DNA of 34,663 bases. Origin: Octopus bimaculoides (taxonomy: Eukaryota). Shown here piece after piece: positions 24,121 through 34,663 of the stretch. The notes beneath the pieces were generated by a model. That model did no database searches. It worked only from the letters and a program-made list of their open reading frames with translations, and had not been told where the DNA came from. The DNA lies in assembly GCF_001194135.2 (NCBI RefSeq), contig NC_068987.1, positions 86,182,721 to 86,217,383 on the forward strand, in the 5' to 3' direction. Each line of letters starts with the position of its first letter. The first letter of the stretch is position 1. The translations under genes and the position numbers were made by a program.

Positions 24121-25299
24121 GCACGCACAACATGAGCGTATGTTGGTGAGTGCATGTGTAGGTGTTTATACGCGTGTATATATTTAACTTTCAAAGGATG
24201 GCAAGTTTAAAGAAGCTCTGATATTTGGCTTAGATTAAAGACCCCCAAAGATAGATCAACGAGTGAGTAAATATTTACAGCGTGAATATTAGCTTAACCA
24301 TCATGGTTTAAATGTTTTTGCATATATGTATTTACGTGTATGTGTGTATGGGGTTTGTCTGAATCTCTGTCTTCCTCCATACAATAACCTTATACAGTCT
24401 TCATCTTTTAGAAATCCTCTCACTAAGACTCGTCAGCTATTTCTTTCAAATTCCTATTATTTTATAACTCGACATGTTTATGATGATACTATCTCTATAT
24501 TTTTTTAAACCGAAGATCATAAACAGTTTTAAGTATTAAATTTTACAATATATTATCAATAATTATACTTGTTGTTTAAATAGGAACATCTCACTCATTG
24601 ATAAAAATATAATCATACATCTTAATTCACTCAAACTTCTTTCAAACGCAAATGTCAAATACAACAGGTGTAAATAGATTTTCAAACAACATTTATTCGC
24701 AGTTCAGCGTTGTTTCCAAGTTATAAGCATTTAAAAAAAAATTTAAGTGTCAACATAGAATAACAGCTGATATAAATCTTTTGTTTGTTGATTTCTCTAA
24801 TCACGATTTACATTGTAAAGAATGAGAGGGGCAGAAAGTAAAGGGGTTACAGAGAGAGCATAGGAGATGAAGTATGAGTGCGCAAACTAATTTTGGTGTC
24901 TGCAGTAAATAAAAGAATGCAACAAACACAGTGAAAATGAAATAATTCTCGAGACAGCAGTGATGGTGGAAGGCGGTGATGATGAAGAGATGGAAAACTG
25001 TTAAATGCCAGTATAGCTGTGTCCTAGTAACTTTGTGGTGCAGCAGAGGACACCGATGGTTAAATACCTGTACTTAAAACACATTAGTACAGGAGTTGAT
25101 TTTTTAAACTATTAAACTACGGGTCCCAGAATAATCACACTTGAATAACTGAAACAAAGAAAGAATTTGAAGAGATACACTTTAGATGGAATAGCTTACA
25201 ATTATATTACGATTTTTTTGTTTTTGATAGTTTCAGTTTAGAGCTGGAACACCGCCGTTTTGCTACACTGTTCTTACTAAGAGCCTCCTCTAAAATGTG

Positions 25300-25560
25300 G
25301 TAGTTCGTGAAGAATGGAGTTTGATATAGCTACCCTCATATGCACCTCTTGCCGTTTTGTAAGTTCATCTGGGACTGTCGACAGGAAGAGATACACTTGA
25401 TTTGAAAACGCCTACATCCACTTTATGCAGGTTCCTCAGGCTCTTCGGGAGAATATTAAAAAGCTGAAGGCCCCTGAAGCTCATCCTGAAGCGCGATGGC
25501 TTTGCTAGGATCTTTGGCATTGTTCAGTGTCGACCCGTTCATAGAAAACTTCTAAACTTT
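25300..25560 (-). mobile_element. CR1-like LINE 3' remnant
   Basis: FRGLQLFNILPKSLRNLHKVDVGVFKS, frameshift, LFLSTVPDELTKRQEVHMRVAISNSILH. Homologous to 5555-5760. Confidence 0.7.
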
Positions 25561-28084
25561 TAGATATATACAAATGAGAAATTCGTTTTATTTAATTATA
25601 TTTTAAGCTAATAAATACTTTTCGTTTAAAATTTTAAATTCATTTCACAGGTACCAAGAATGTTTTCTAAAATTGCTGAATTATAATTTTTTAATGTATG
25701 CCATATTTCCTCATACTAACGATGTTTGCAAAATATTCGTCCAGTGTTACATGTCATATAACGTTTTACACTGCAGAGTTCTTATAATTTATGTACTATT
25801 AAAGTCATTACTATGATCCTCATCAATGATCTTTTTGTTGCACAAACTTACACGCACATACACACATATACACATATGCATGCATGCACATATTTACATA
25901 TGAGTTGACGTGTGTATAAATATGCGCGAGTATAAACTCGTACTCCCGTAAGACGACTTCTCGATCGAGATGCATATAATTAAAACCATGTCTTGAGCAG
26001 CTAATTTCGACTTATAATTCTCTGCTCAGAAAGAGTTTTCTAAACTATTATATCAAGAAGCGGTTTCAAATGTAGATCATGCATCTTTTCTAATACTCTA
26101 TAACGTGTTTTAGACCTCGATCAGCTGTGCAAGTTTTATTATATTTAAAACAACTTTTGTTAATTTATTTTGTAAATCATAGCTGATGTGGATTTTTCCA
26201 ATCACAGACTACTAAATAAATCTGCGTAAGGATCAAACAGTGTCCATCATGTCTGTGATTGAATATGCGTTTTGTACGTTATATCAACATTTCCAATTTT
26301 AAATGTATGTTTAATATCTTGATGTCATATTTGCTTTCTTTCAAAGTGTTCGGCAGAAAACGATGGACCTATCCTCCTGAGAGGTTTGTCTTACTTGTTT
26401 CTTCCTATTCCATGAAAATTATATTTCTTGGGGGGTAATTTTAGTCTTTTTGCCGAATTCTAAGCGTTTTGCGAGAAAATATTTTTCATAAAGATACGAT
26501 GGCACACCTGCTCTTCTCTGCTATCTACACAAACAGAGACAGAAATTAAGAAGAATATTTCTAGTCTTGGAATATATCCTAAAATTATTTCCGTGTTTGG
26601 GGACCAAAGGTCATTTTTATTTCTACAGTTCTTCATAAGCAATATTCATGAGATTTTTGTTTATCATCTTCACAGACGTCAAAGCCATATAAAAGACTTG
26701 TGATGGCAAATCTTGATATACAATGAACTTAATTGGAAACTTGATTCCTCCATTTTCGACAGTATCGTCTTGGGTTGTCCATGTTCATATTTTCAAATCC
26801 TATAGTTATCAAATCATTCTGTGTTTCACGTGTACACTGCGATAAAATATGTTATTCAGTGTATATTTTACTAGAACCTAGTTTATTAATAATAAGTGTC
26901 ATTCTTACAACTGTCACAAACCAAAAGACATAGGAGTAATCTTTAAGGCACTGAATAGCAAACTTCGTGTGATTTATAAGATTATCAGTTTAGTGTAGGT
27001 TATAGAAGACAACTGTCAGAAATTTACTACTTTCATTGATTCAATACAGAATAAACGTTTATGGGTGACTAATAATGAATGTAGATTACATACAAATTCG
27101 TTGCCACAGGAATTAGAATATATTCCGAGAAGGTATTGTCTAAGAATGCAGACACGTCTCATTTCATTTACAAATGATATCGAGTCTAAGAGCTTCATTG
27201 GACTTCCTCTCAAAATGGCGTGGGTAAAATGTCTTTCGCAGCCTATTTAAAACATTTCATGGTTAACAGTGTAGAAAGTTTTTTGTGGGTCGACGAACAT
27301 TGGTAGAGATCGCGAGTTGTTAAGTGATTTTTTTTTGTTCGGTAGTTGATTTGCAGAAAATATCATATTAATACTGGAACTGAGAAGGGACGAAAACAGC
27401 GTATTCAGGAACAGTAACTGATAGGAAAAGTATTTCAAAATGAATTTCATGAATCCTATGCAGAGAAGTAAAACGATTCTTCAATAATAATCTGGAAGAT
27501 CATAAAAACTTCTCTTCCGAAGAAGTATCATCAGAACTTTCCTGCAAAATCGGGAGTTTCTTGCAACCCAGATCGTAACACTTAACCAATTAAGAAACTT
27601 CCTTACTCTAGAAGTCAATCAACCAATTTGCTTACTCGTAAGGGGTTGTCATGAGTAAAGACACTGGCAAGTCAGTTTAAAGTCTTTTACCTGATGTACT
27701 AAACAAGATCTCTGTTATAAGTTGGAACATCTTATCCTGTATTACAAAACCTACGCCTGATGCTCACATCAGACCTACAGATTTTATAATCGAAAAGAAT
27801 TTATGCAAGTTTTCCTTACAACTTCATTCAGCAACAAGACTATTTTCCGATAACGGGTTGTTATCGATCTGATGCGATATGATAGTCCAACCACTTATAT
27901 TGATGTAGAATTTACGAGAATGTTATTTCTTGTAATTTGTTTTGATTCAGTATTATTTCAGCTGTCGCTGGTTGGATTCTTGGTATTAGTCTATTGTTTA
28001 ATTAGACATCAGCCAGCTGCACTTACTTTAGCTGGCTGTTTGATAAACAAGGATGTTTAGAACTTTTTAGGTTTGCTCTAGCAC

Positions 28085-28190
28085 TTATGTACTGGGGTCG
28101 ATTCATTCGACTAAAATTCTTCAAAGTGGTGATCTAGCATGGCCGCAGCCAAATGACTGAAACACGTTAAAGTGAAGAAAAAAAAAGAAA
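28085..28190 (+). mobile_element. Family A SINE 3' body fragment
   Basis: gtactggggtcgattcattcgactaaaattcttcaaagtggtgatctagcatggccgcagccaaatgactgaaac matches 33355-33440. Confidence 0.7.
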
Positions 28191-28651
28191 AGATGAAATG
28201 TGACTCAATTGTCATCAGTAGGGCTTGGATGTTCTGTCAGCTTCCTCCCATTAAAAAATAAATCTTTTGAAGAGTTTTCTGTTTTTCATTGATATTCTGT
28301 CTGTAAGAGTCATGGGAATCATTTACATTGCACTACCAGAAGTCCTATCGCTGACATCACGCATACACAAACACACACAACACAAAGAGAACACTTTCTA
28401 GTGTATGAACCATTTGCGTAGGCATATATGACTGAGGAAATTCTTTAAAATTTCCTTTATTTATTCACACTTCTTTCGCTCTTTAAGGAAACTAAAAGAA
28501 AATATTTTATTCTACTGAAATTAAGATTCCATCAAGTTATCTGAAACAATTTTCCTACTGGCGTTCTAATAGTACGGATATTATATTTTTCCACATGATT
28601 TCAGCCACACACGTGCACACACACATACGCGCAGGCACAAACACACACATG

Positions 28652-28666
28652 TAGATAGATAGATAA

Positions 28667-28729
<63 letters not shown>
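28652..28729. repeat. (GATA)n microsatellite
   Basis: Direct reading. Confidence 0.95.
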
Positions 28730-28881
28730 CAGTTGTAACGCCTATGTGATATAATTCTTGGGAGAGAAATACATTTGCGGCTGAAGATAGCTTTATATTG
28801 TCAATTATACACTGATGTAACAACTATAAAGCTTGAAACACGTGTACCGCAGAATCCTTTGTTTGAGTTTTTGTTTTTATC

Positions 28882-29179
28882 NNNNNNNNNNNNNNNNNNN
28901 NNNNNNNNNNNNNNNNNNNNNNNNNNNNNNNNNNNNNNNNNNNNNNNNNNNNNNNNNNNNNNNNNNNNNNNNNNNNNNNNNNNNNNNNNNNNNNNNNNNN
29001 NNNNNNNNNNNNNNNNNNNNNNNNNNNNNNNNNNNNNNNNNNNNNNNNNNNNNNNNNNNNNNNNNNNNNNNNNNNNNNNNNNNNNNNNNNNNNNNNNNNN
29101 NNNNNNNNNNNNNNNNNNNNNNNNNNNNNNNNNNNNNNNNNNNNNNNNNNNNNNNNNNNNNNNNNNNNNNNNNNNNNNN
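28882..29179. other. Assembly gap
   Basis: N run. Confidence 1.
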
Positions 29180-30149
29180 TGTGTGTATGCATATATATAT
29201 ATACATATATATATAGAAAATTAAAAAATAGTCATTGGTACAGTATCATATATTTGAATAAATGACTAGAAATGGCTCTTTTGATTTTTCCACTTTAATA
29301 ATTAGAATTACATTTGTGAAATATTTATGTAATGCAGCGTGAAAATTTTAATTTTAATTTTAATGTATTAATTGAATTATATTTCGTACATAATTATTTA
29401 CAATATGTATTTTGAATCCACCCTTTGATGTAAGGTTTTCTTCGATTTTATCACAGGATGGATTTATATTGAATTTATTTATTTTGTTTATTTTGTTCAT
29501 TGTATGGTTAAGACCGTTAATTGAAAGGACCAATGAAACAAATCCGTTTTTAAAGGTGTATCCTTTAACTAGTTTTGATTATATCGTTATTTCTGTTCTA
29601 TTTTAACAAAACCTGTCCGACGACGGGAACGGGAAATTCTGAGTAACAGCTTTTGTTATATTCTTGCTGCTTTTAAATAAAGCATATTATTCTACCTCTG
29701 GTATTTGAGTACTCTCTTTTTTTCTACCTTGTTTCACATTTATGTGCTTACTCCAATATATATGAATATATTTGGTCCCTTCTTCGGACGTACAGAGGGA
29801 TACGGTCAAGCGATTTAGATACACACAAAGTACAATGTTATGTCTCAATGTCGAAGTATTTCATTTTGTAAATAGTGAGTAAAGAAGCTATTTTCTTGAA
29901 AATACTACTTTGCAAGAAACAAAGTGCCATTTGCGTCTATGTTTATCTGTAAGTACGATGTCTCTATGCAAATATACGTTATAATGATGAGTGTATAAGC
30001 TAGTCTATGAACATATACATACATGTATGTACATATATATATATATATTGATTTAACTAGCTCCATCATTAAACAACGGTCATGTTACATCAAACGCTAA
30101 AAAGGTTTTATTTATTTTATTGACCATAAGGCCTAAGTATGTCATTCAG

Positions 30150-30207
<58 letters not shown>

Positions 30208-30410
30208 ATCAAATATTTGTCTGTGTATCTAGAAACTGATACGTACTATGATGCTCGCGCACATACTCACACACACACACGCACACATTTATACACACAT
30301 ACACATACACACGCACACACACAAACATGCACAAACGCATTCATGTACAGATAGATAGACAGGCAGATAGAAAGACAGACAGACTGAAAGACAGAAAGAT
30401 TTCTTTATTT

Positions 30411-30643
30411 AAGGTGGCGAGCTGGCAGAAACGTTAGCACGCTGGGCGAAATGCATAGCAGTATTTCGTCTGCTGTTACGTTCTGAGTTCAAATTCCTCC
30501 GAGGTCCACTTTGCATTTCATCCTTTTGGGGGCGATTAAATAAGTACTAGTTACGCACTGGGGTCGATATAATCTACTTAATCCGTTTGTTTGTGCTTGT
30601 TTGTCCCCTCTGTGTGTAGCCCCTTGTGGGCAATAAATAAAGA
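30411..30643 (+). mobile_element. Full-length family B SINE with 18-19 bp target-site duplication
   Basis: agaaagatttctttattt occurs at 30393-30410 and again at 30644-30661, each followed by a. B-box-like gagttcaaattcc is present. Confidence 0.9.
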
Positions 30644-30649
30644 AGAAAG

Positions 30650-32030
30650 ATTTCTTTATTTAGCCATACAGGGATTAACACAGAGGGGAGAATACAATGT
30701 CGAATTTTCCTTTTCGAAATCTATGAATGAGGATCGAAAAAAAGACGCTTTTGTGAGTATTTATAGGGAAACAGGTGACGTCGTGTTTCACAATGTGAAT
30801 TCCCAAAGGCGGAAGGAAATTTAACACAGACTAGAGTTATCTGTGGAAAGTAAAACCTACCAAAAGTAACCACGGGAACCTCGTCAAAAGAAAAAAATCT
30901 ACGCGAGCAAAGTGCCCCTCTCTCTTTGTATTTTTTTACAGGCTAATACTCAAAGTGTTTCCATCATTCATGCATACCATTTTTGCTACATTCCCCACCT
31001 TTTATTAAAACTTTCATCAGACAAAATGTCATTATCTACTCTCACCGTCCTTTTTAAGTGATACACGAAAAAGTTGATCAGAGATTGGCCAGAGAGGAAT
31101 GCATTTGTCTATAAAGCTTTCAAGCGAGTCCACCACACACATTTTTTTCGCTATAGCCACCAGTGCGACCAAAACTGACTTACCTTCCCCATTAAAGGGA
31201 GATAGCTAGGCAATATTCAATATAGACTCGGCTGACAAACGGATTTGTTCCACATGTGATAGCAGCTGTTCGACATAGGTCTACAGCTCTGAAATATGTG
31301 GACACTGCACGAATGCGTGCAGAACGGTTTCATCGTTCTGACCGCATCTCGGGCAGGAAGTTTCGGTGTTTCTTGAACCGTGTCTGTAGACCTTCTCTCG
31401 AATGGCCAATGCTTCTCGATAGCACTGCCAGGCCGGAGATCTCTAGAAATTGTGCATAGGTCCCAGCTCGAAAGTGGTCCTGAAGAGGCGTGTCAGGTAT
31501 TCCCTGTCGACACCTAGAATTTGCCCAAGAAAGTCGTCACACCTACCCTCCACTAATCCTCTATAGAAAACCTTGGTGGAACTGAAATCACATAAATTTG
31601 AACCCGGGTGACAGAGCTGCGCAAGAGCATGGGGACAATCTCGGTGCCATTCGCCCAGCCTCGGTCTCTGCTTGATCCGTGACTGCGGTTCGGTGAGTGA
31701 GACGTACTGCAGAAAAGCGCGCATCACAGATGGTGATTGCACTTTTTTATATTTAGCCATGAAGCGCTGGAGATGTCGCCGTCTCAACGCATGTATGCGC
31801 ATCAACCACGGCATACCCAGCTCTCCTTTTAGCAGATGTTGACAGCAAATGCATCGCCTAACCAGCGGAACGCTTCCCTTCCACAAAAAGCGGAAGAGTA
31901 TGCGTTCCAGTTTTGTGATGGTAGGGTCGGGACAAGGCACGACGGTCACACAGTAGTAGATGACTAATGCTATATAGACATTCACTACCTCAGCCCGACC
32001 TTTTAGAAATAGCTTCCTTTCGGCCCATTG
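30650..32030 (-). mobile_element. Tx1/L1-clade LINE, 5'-truncated: ORF2 C-terminal part plus about 285-nt 3' UTR
   Basis: WAERKLFLKGRAEVVNVYI...LERILFRFLWKG...VRR.IC...GELGMP (L1/Tx1 post-RT region) and CX2CX8HX4C knuckle CPRCGQNDETVLHAFVQC at 31302-31355. Remnant ORF ends near 30936 and contains stops and frameshifts. Confidence 0.85.
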
Positions 32031-32040
32031 ATAGATGGAG

Positions 32041-32089
<49 letters not shown>

Positions 32090-32185
32090 GATAGATAGAT
32101 AGATACATACATACATACATATATACATACATGCATACATTCATACAGTCATACATAGACACACAGACAGAGAGAGAGAGAGAGT
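32031..32185. repeat. Compound (GATA)n then (TACA)n then (GA)n microsatellite
   Basis: Direct reading. Confidence 0.9.
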
Positions 32186-32499
32186 GGTACGTAGGTATAT
32201 TTGTTGTGCATGCGATTCCAATCTAACATACTTTCATGCAGACACATGGTGTGTCACGCCTAATGTAGTCCTATTCTGTAATTTATGGATGCCATCGTCA
32301 AACGATTCGTTAAATTAATGCTTGAAGACATTACGTTTAATAAATCATACTTGATGACACGAAAGAGACTTAATTAAACCCCCAAAGCTGTGTACGCATC
32401 GTATGATATTTACTAACAAGATCAGCCTTAAGAGTGCAAGTTGCCAGAAGGAAAGTATACGGATGTAAATATGTGCGTATTTATGTGTGCACACACAGA

Positions 32500-32548
32500 C
32501 AAAAACTCACGCTCACATGTACATATGCATATACATATACATTTATAC

Positions 32549-32592
<44 letters not shown>

Positions 32593-32825
32593 ATGTATAT
32601 ATACATACACACATATGCACACACACACACACAAACACACATATATATATACATATACATACACATATATACACACATACATTTTACACATACACTTGAC
32701 TGTCTGTGTATTTGTGTTTGTTTGTCTGTGTGCGCGTGGCTGTATGTGCGTGAGTGTGTTTGTGTGTGTGTATGTGTGTGTGTGTGTGTATGTGTGTGTG
32801 TGTGTGTCTGTGTAGATATAGATAT
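32500..32825. repeat. Mixed TA/CA/TG low-complexity microsatellite field
   Basis: Direct reading. Confidence 0.85.
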
Positions 32826-33139
32826 TTGTTAATGCATATTGTGCAAATTTGGCAATATGCTGGACAAAATTTCCTCCATCTTTTTAGCCACTATCTTTTA
32901 TGAGGTTCTTTTGTATGAACTCCTCCTTATGACATTGTCTCTGTCTTGTGCCTAGTATTTTTTGAGGTTTTAATATCTCAGTTGGTACTTTGCATCTGCT
33001 TCTTATTATATTAATATCATTAGTGCATTAATAATTAATATATTAATATCGATAGTATTATTCTGTCTGTTTTAAATATTCTGGCTTGTTTGTTAGCTGA
33101 CCAGATCCATTTTTGATACACGCCCTGCGAAATACTCTA

Positions 33140-33448
33140 CACATGGCGTAAGAAGCGTGTTTCCCCACCTCATGGTTCCGGCTTTTCGTTCCTCTGCGTG
33201 AGCAGTTATCTTCTTTGCTATAGCCTCGGGCTATTTGTTAAATGGAAACTGAAAGAATGTGTTTTCCCCCCACCACTGTTTGACAACTCGCGTTGGTGTT
33301 GACATCCACGGTTCAGTAAAAGATCGATGGAATAAATACCATGCTTAAAAATAACTCTCGGGGTCAATTCCTTCGACTAAAACCCGTGGAAGTGGTGCCC
33401 CAGCATGACGGAAGCCAAATGACTACAACAAGTAAAAGATAAAAGATT
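33140..33448 (+). mobile_element. Family A SINE, diverged, head plus 3' body
   Basis: catggttccggc...ctatagcctcggg...ggaaactgaaagaa, then ccaccactgtttgacaac...ggggtcaatt...ccagcatg...caaatgact...aagtaaaagataaaagat. Confidence 0.75.
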
Positions 33449-34381
33449 AAAAAATCATTTCAAATATTGAATAATGTGGGAATTAACGGCGTTTTTGTCG
33501 TTCAGTCAGTAAGGGAGGAAACTAGGGAAAAGGTCTTGATGTTAGCACCGTCTTTTACAACAGCAACCCATACGTTGGAGTAATTATAAACTGCAACGGA
33601 AGTAACAGTAGATACAACATCAGTAACAGTGATAAGAATAACAGCAGAATATGCAGACGACCAACGTCACGTGAAAGAAAGAAGATAAAAAAATAATGTC
33701 AGCACCATAAAATCATGCATCAGGCATAGATACCGCTATAACCGAAAACTGTAGCCACGCAACATAACATCACCTCGAATTGTGGATGGAAACATTTTCA
33801 ATGAAATCCTTTTCTTAGATTTTAAGTGAACGAATATTGTGGCTTTGTCTTAGGTATAGATATTGCGAGAATTATTTATTTATCGAAACAGTAAGACATG
33901 CGAATTCGGTTGGCACAAACATGTGGATAATATTCTTGTTGGAGAGAACCCAGCTGTTTCTAGTAAAGAATAACTATCATAACACGCGGCCGACTAATTT
34001 TCTTTCCAAAATATATTGACCCTCAAAGGCGTTTGAAGAACGCGATCGATAGATAATTATTTTTCGCATACTAATACAAGCGGAAACACCGATACAACAG
34101 ATTCGCAAAATACATCGATACCATGGAATATTGGTAGGGTGAAAATAACATACTGGGATTTGGAAATTTATCATAAAGACAAAGAGGGAGAAGAAATAAT
34201 TTGGAAGTACCGGCAGAGTGACCAGTAAATTCATGCTTCACCTCGTTTCGATTCTGTATGAACAATATTTCATTCTATAACTACATATTTTAGATATTGC
34301 AGTACCGGCATGATTTGACGGACTTTAATTGCGAGCTCGGTCAATAACCCTTCAATTTCGTGCCTATTGCTACTGAGAAAG

Positions 34382-34424
<43 letters not shown>

Positions 34425-34520
34425 GGGACAAAATCCAAAATTACAGGTAAAAACTCAATTAAAATCAATTTATAAAAAAATTAAAATTAAATTGAGCTTT
34501 ATAGATAAAATATATATAAA

Positions 34521-34622
34521 ATATATAGTTTTAGGGAAAATAACCAAGTTTCAAGAACTCATCGATGAAAATCCACTATCACATATAGAAAAATTAATAA
34601 TTAAAAGCACAATAAATGAGTA
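34521..34622 (+). repeat. (TA)n-adjacent interspersed repeat, copy 2
   Basis: Matches the reverse complement of 14611-14712. Confidence 0.8.
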
Positions 34623-34663
34623 TGATATAAAGTGAAGTAAATATCATAAGATAAATATAATAA

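Noticed and set aside
26347-26383. 37-nt plus-strand micro-exon candidate (FGRKRWTYPPE or CSAENDGPILLR)
   Set aside because: Too short to separate from chance, non-optimal donor and no recognisable homology.
26395-26517. Minus-strand exon candidate with good splice sites (RRAGVPSYLYEKYFLAKRLEFG...)
   Set aside because: The six-G run at 26430-26435 puts a stop in that frame before the donor.
29590-29760. Possible Penelope-like terminal repeat
   Set aside because: Vague recollection only. No second copy or coding remnant in the window to support it.
5555-32030. Most LINE fragments are on the minus strand, hinting at an intron of a plus-strand gene
   Set aside because: Counting the TAA nest once gives 5 minus versus 1 plus, too few to be significant.
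316-32832. Dozens of track ORFs rich in HT, CV, YI, IYLS, NNN, YYY or X
   Set aside because: They are translations of microsatellites or N gaps, with no coding evidence.

Overview
Intron-like or intergenic animal DNA: AT-rich, dense in microsatellites, with six assembly gaps (about 2.7 kb of N). The SINE families and microsatellite spectrum resemble an octopus (coleoid cephalopod) genome; this is recognition from memory, not a database result. I could not identify a host protein-coding gene, and nearly all track ORFs are microsatellite or N-gap artefacts. Supported content: tRNA-derived SINEs of about three families, three CR1-like LINE 3' fragments, a near full-length but dead DD37D (maT-type) Tc1/mariner transposase, four R4/Dong-like (RLE) LINE fragments and one Tx1/L1-like LINE fragment. 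The main pattern is that retroelements sit exactly inside microsatellites, apparently by family. Three different R4/Dong-like elements plus a 550-bp non-coding element are stacked head-to-tail in (TAA)n at 19.4-22.9 kb. Another R4-like family is bracketed by (TACA)n, and the Tx1-like element by (GATA)n. A SINE with an 18-19 bp target-site duplication inserted at the Tx1-like 3' end and shares its 3' tail sequence, which suggests a SINE/LINE partner pair.
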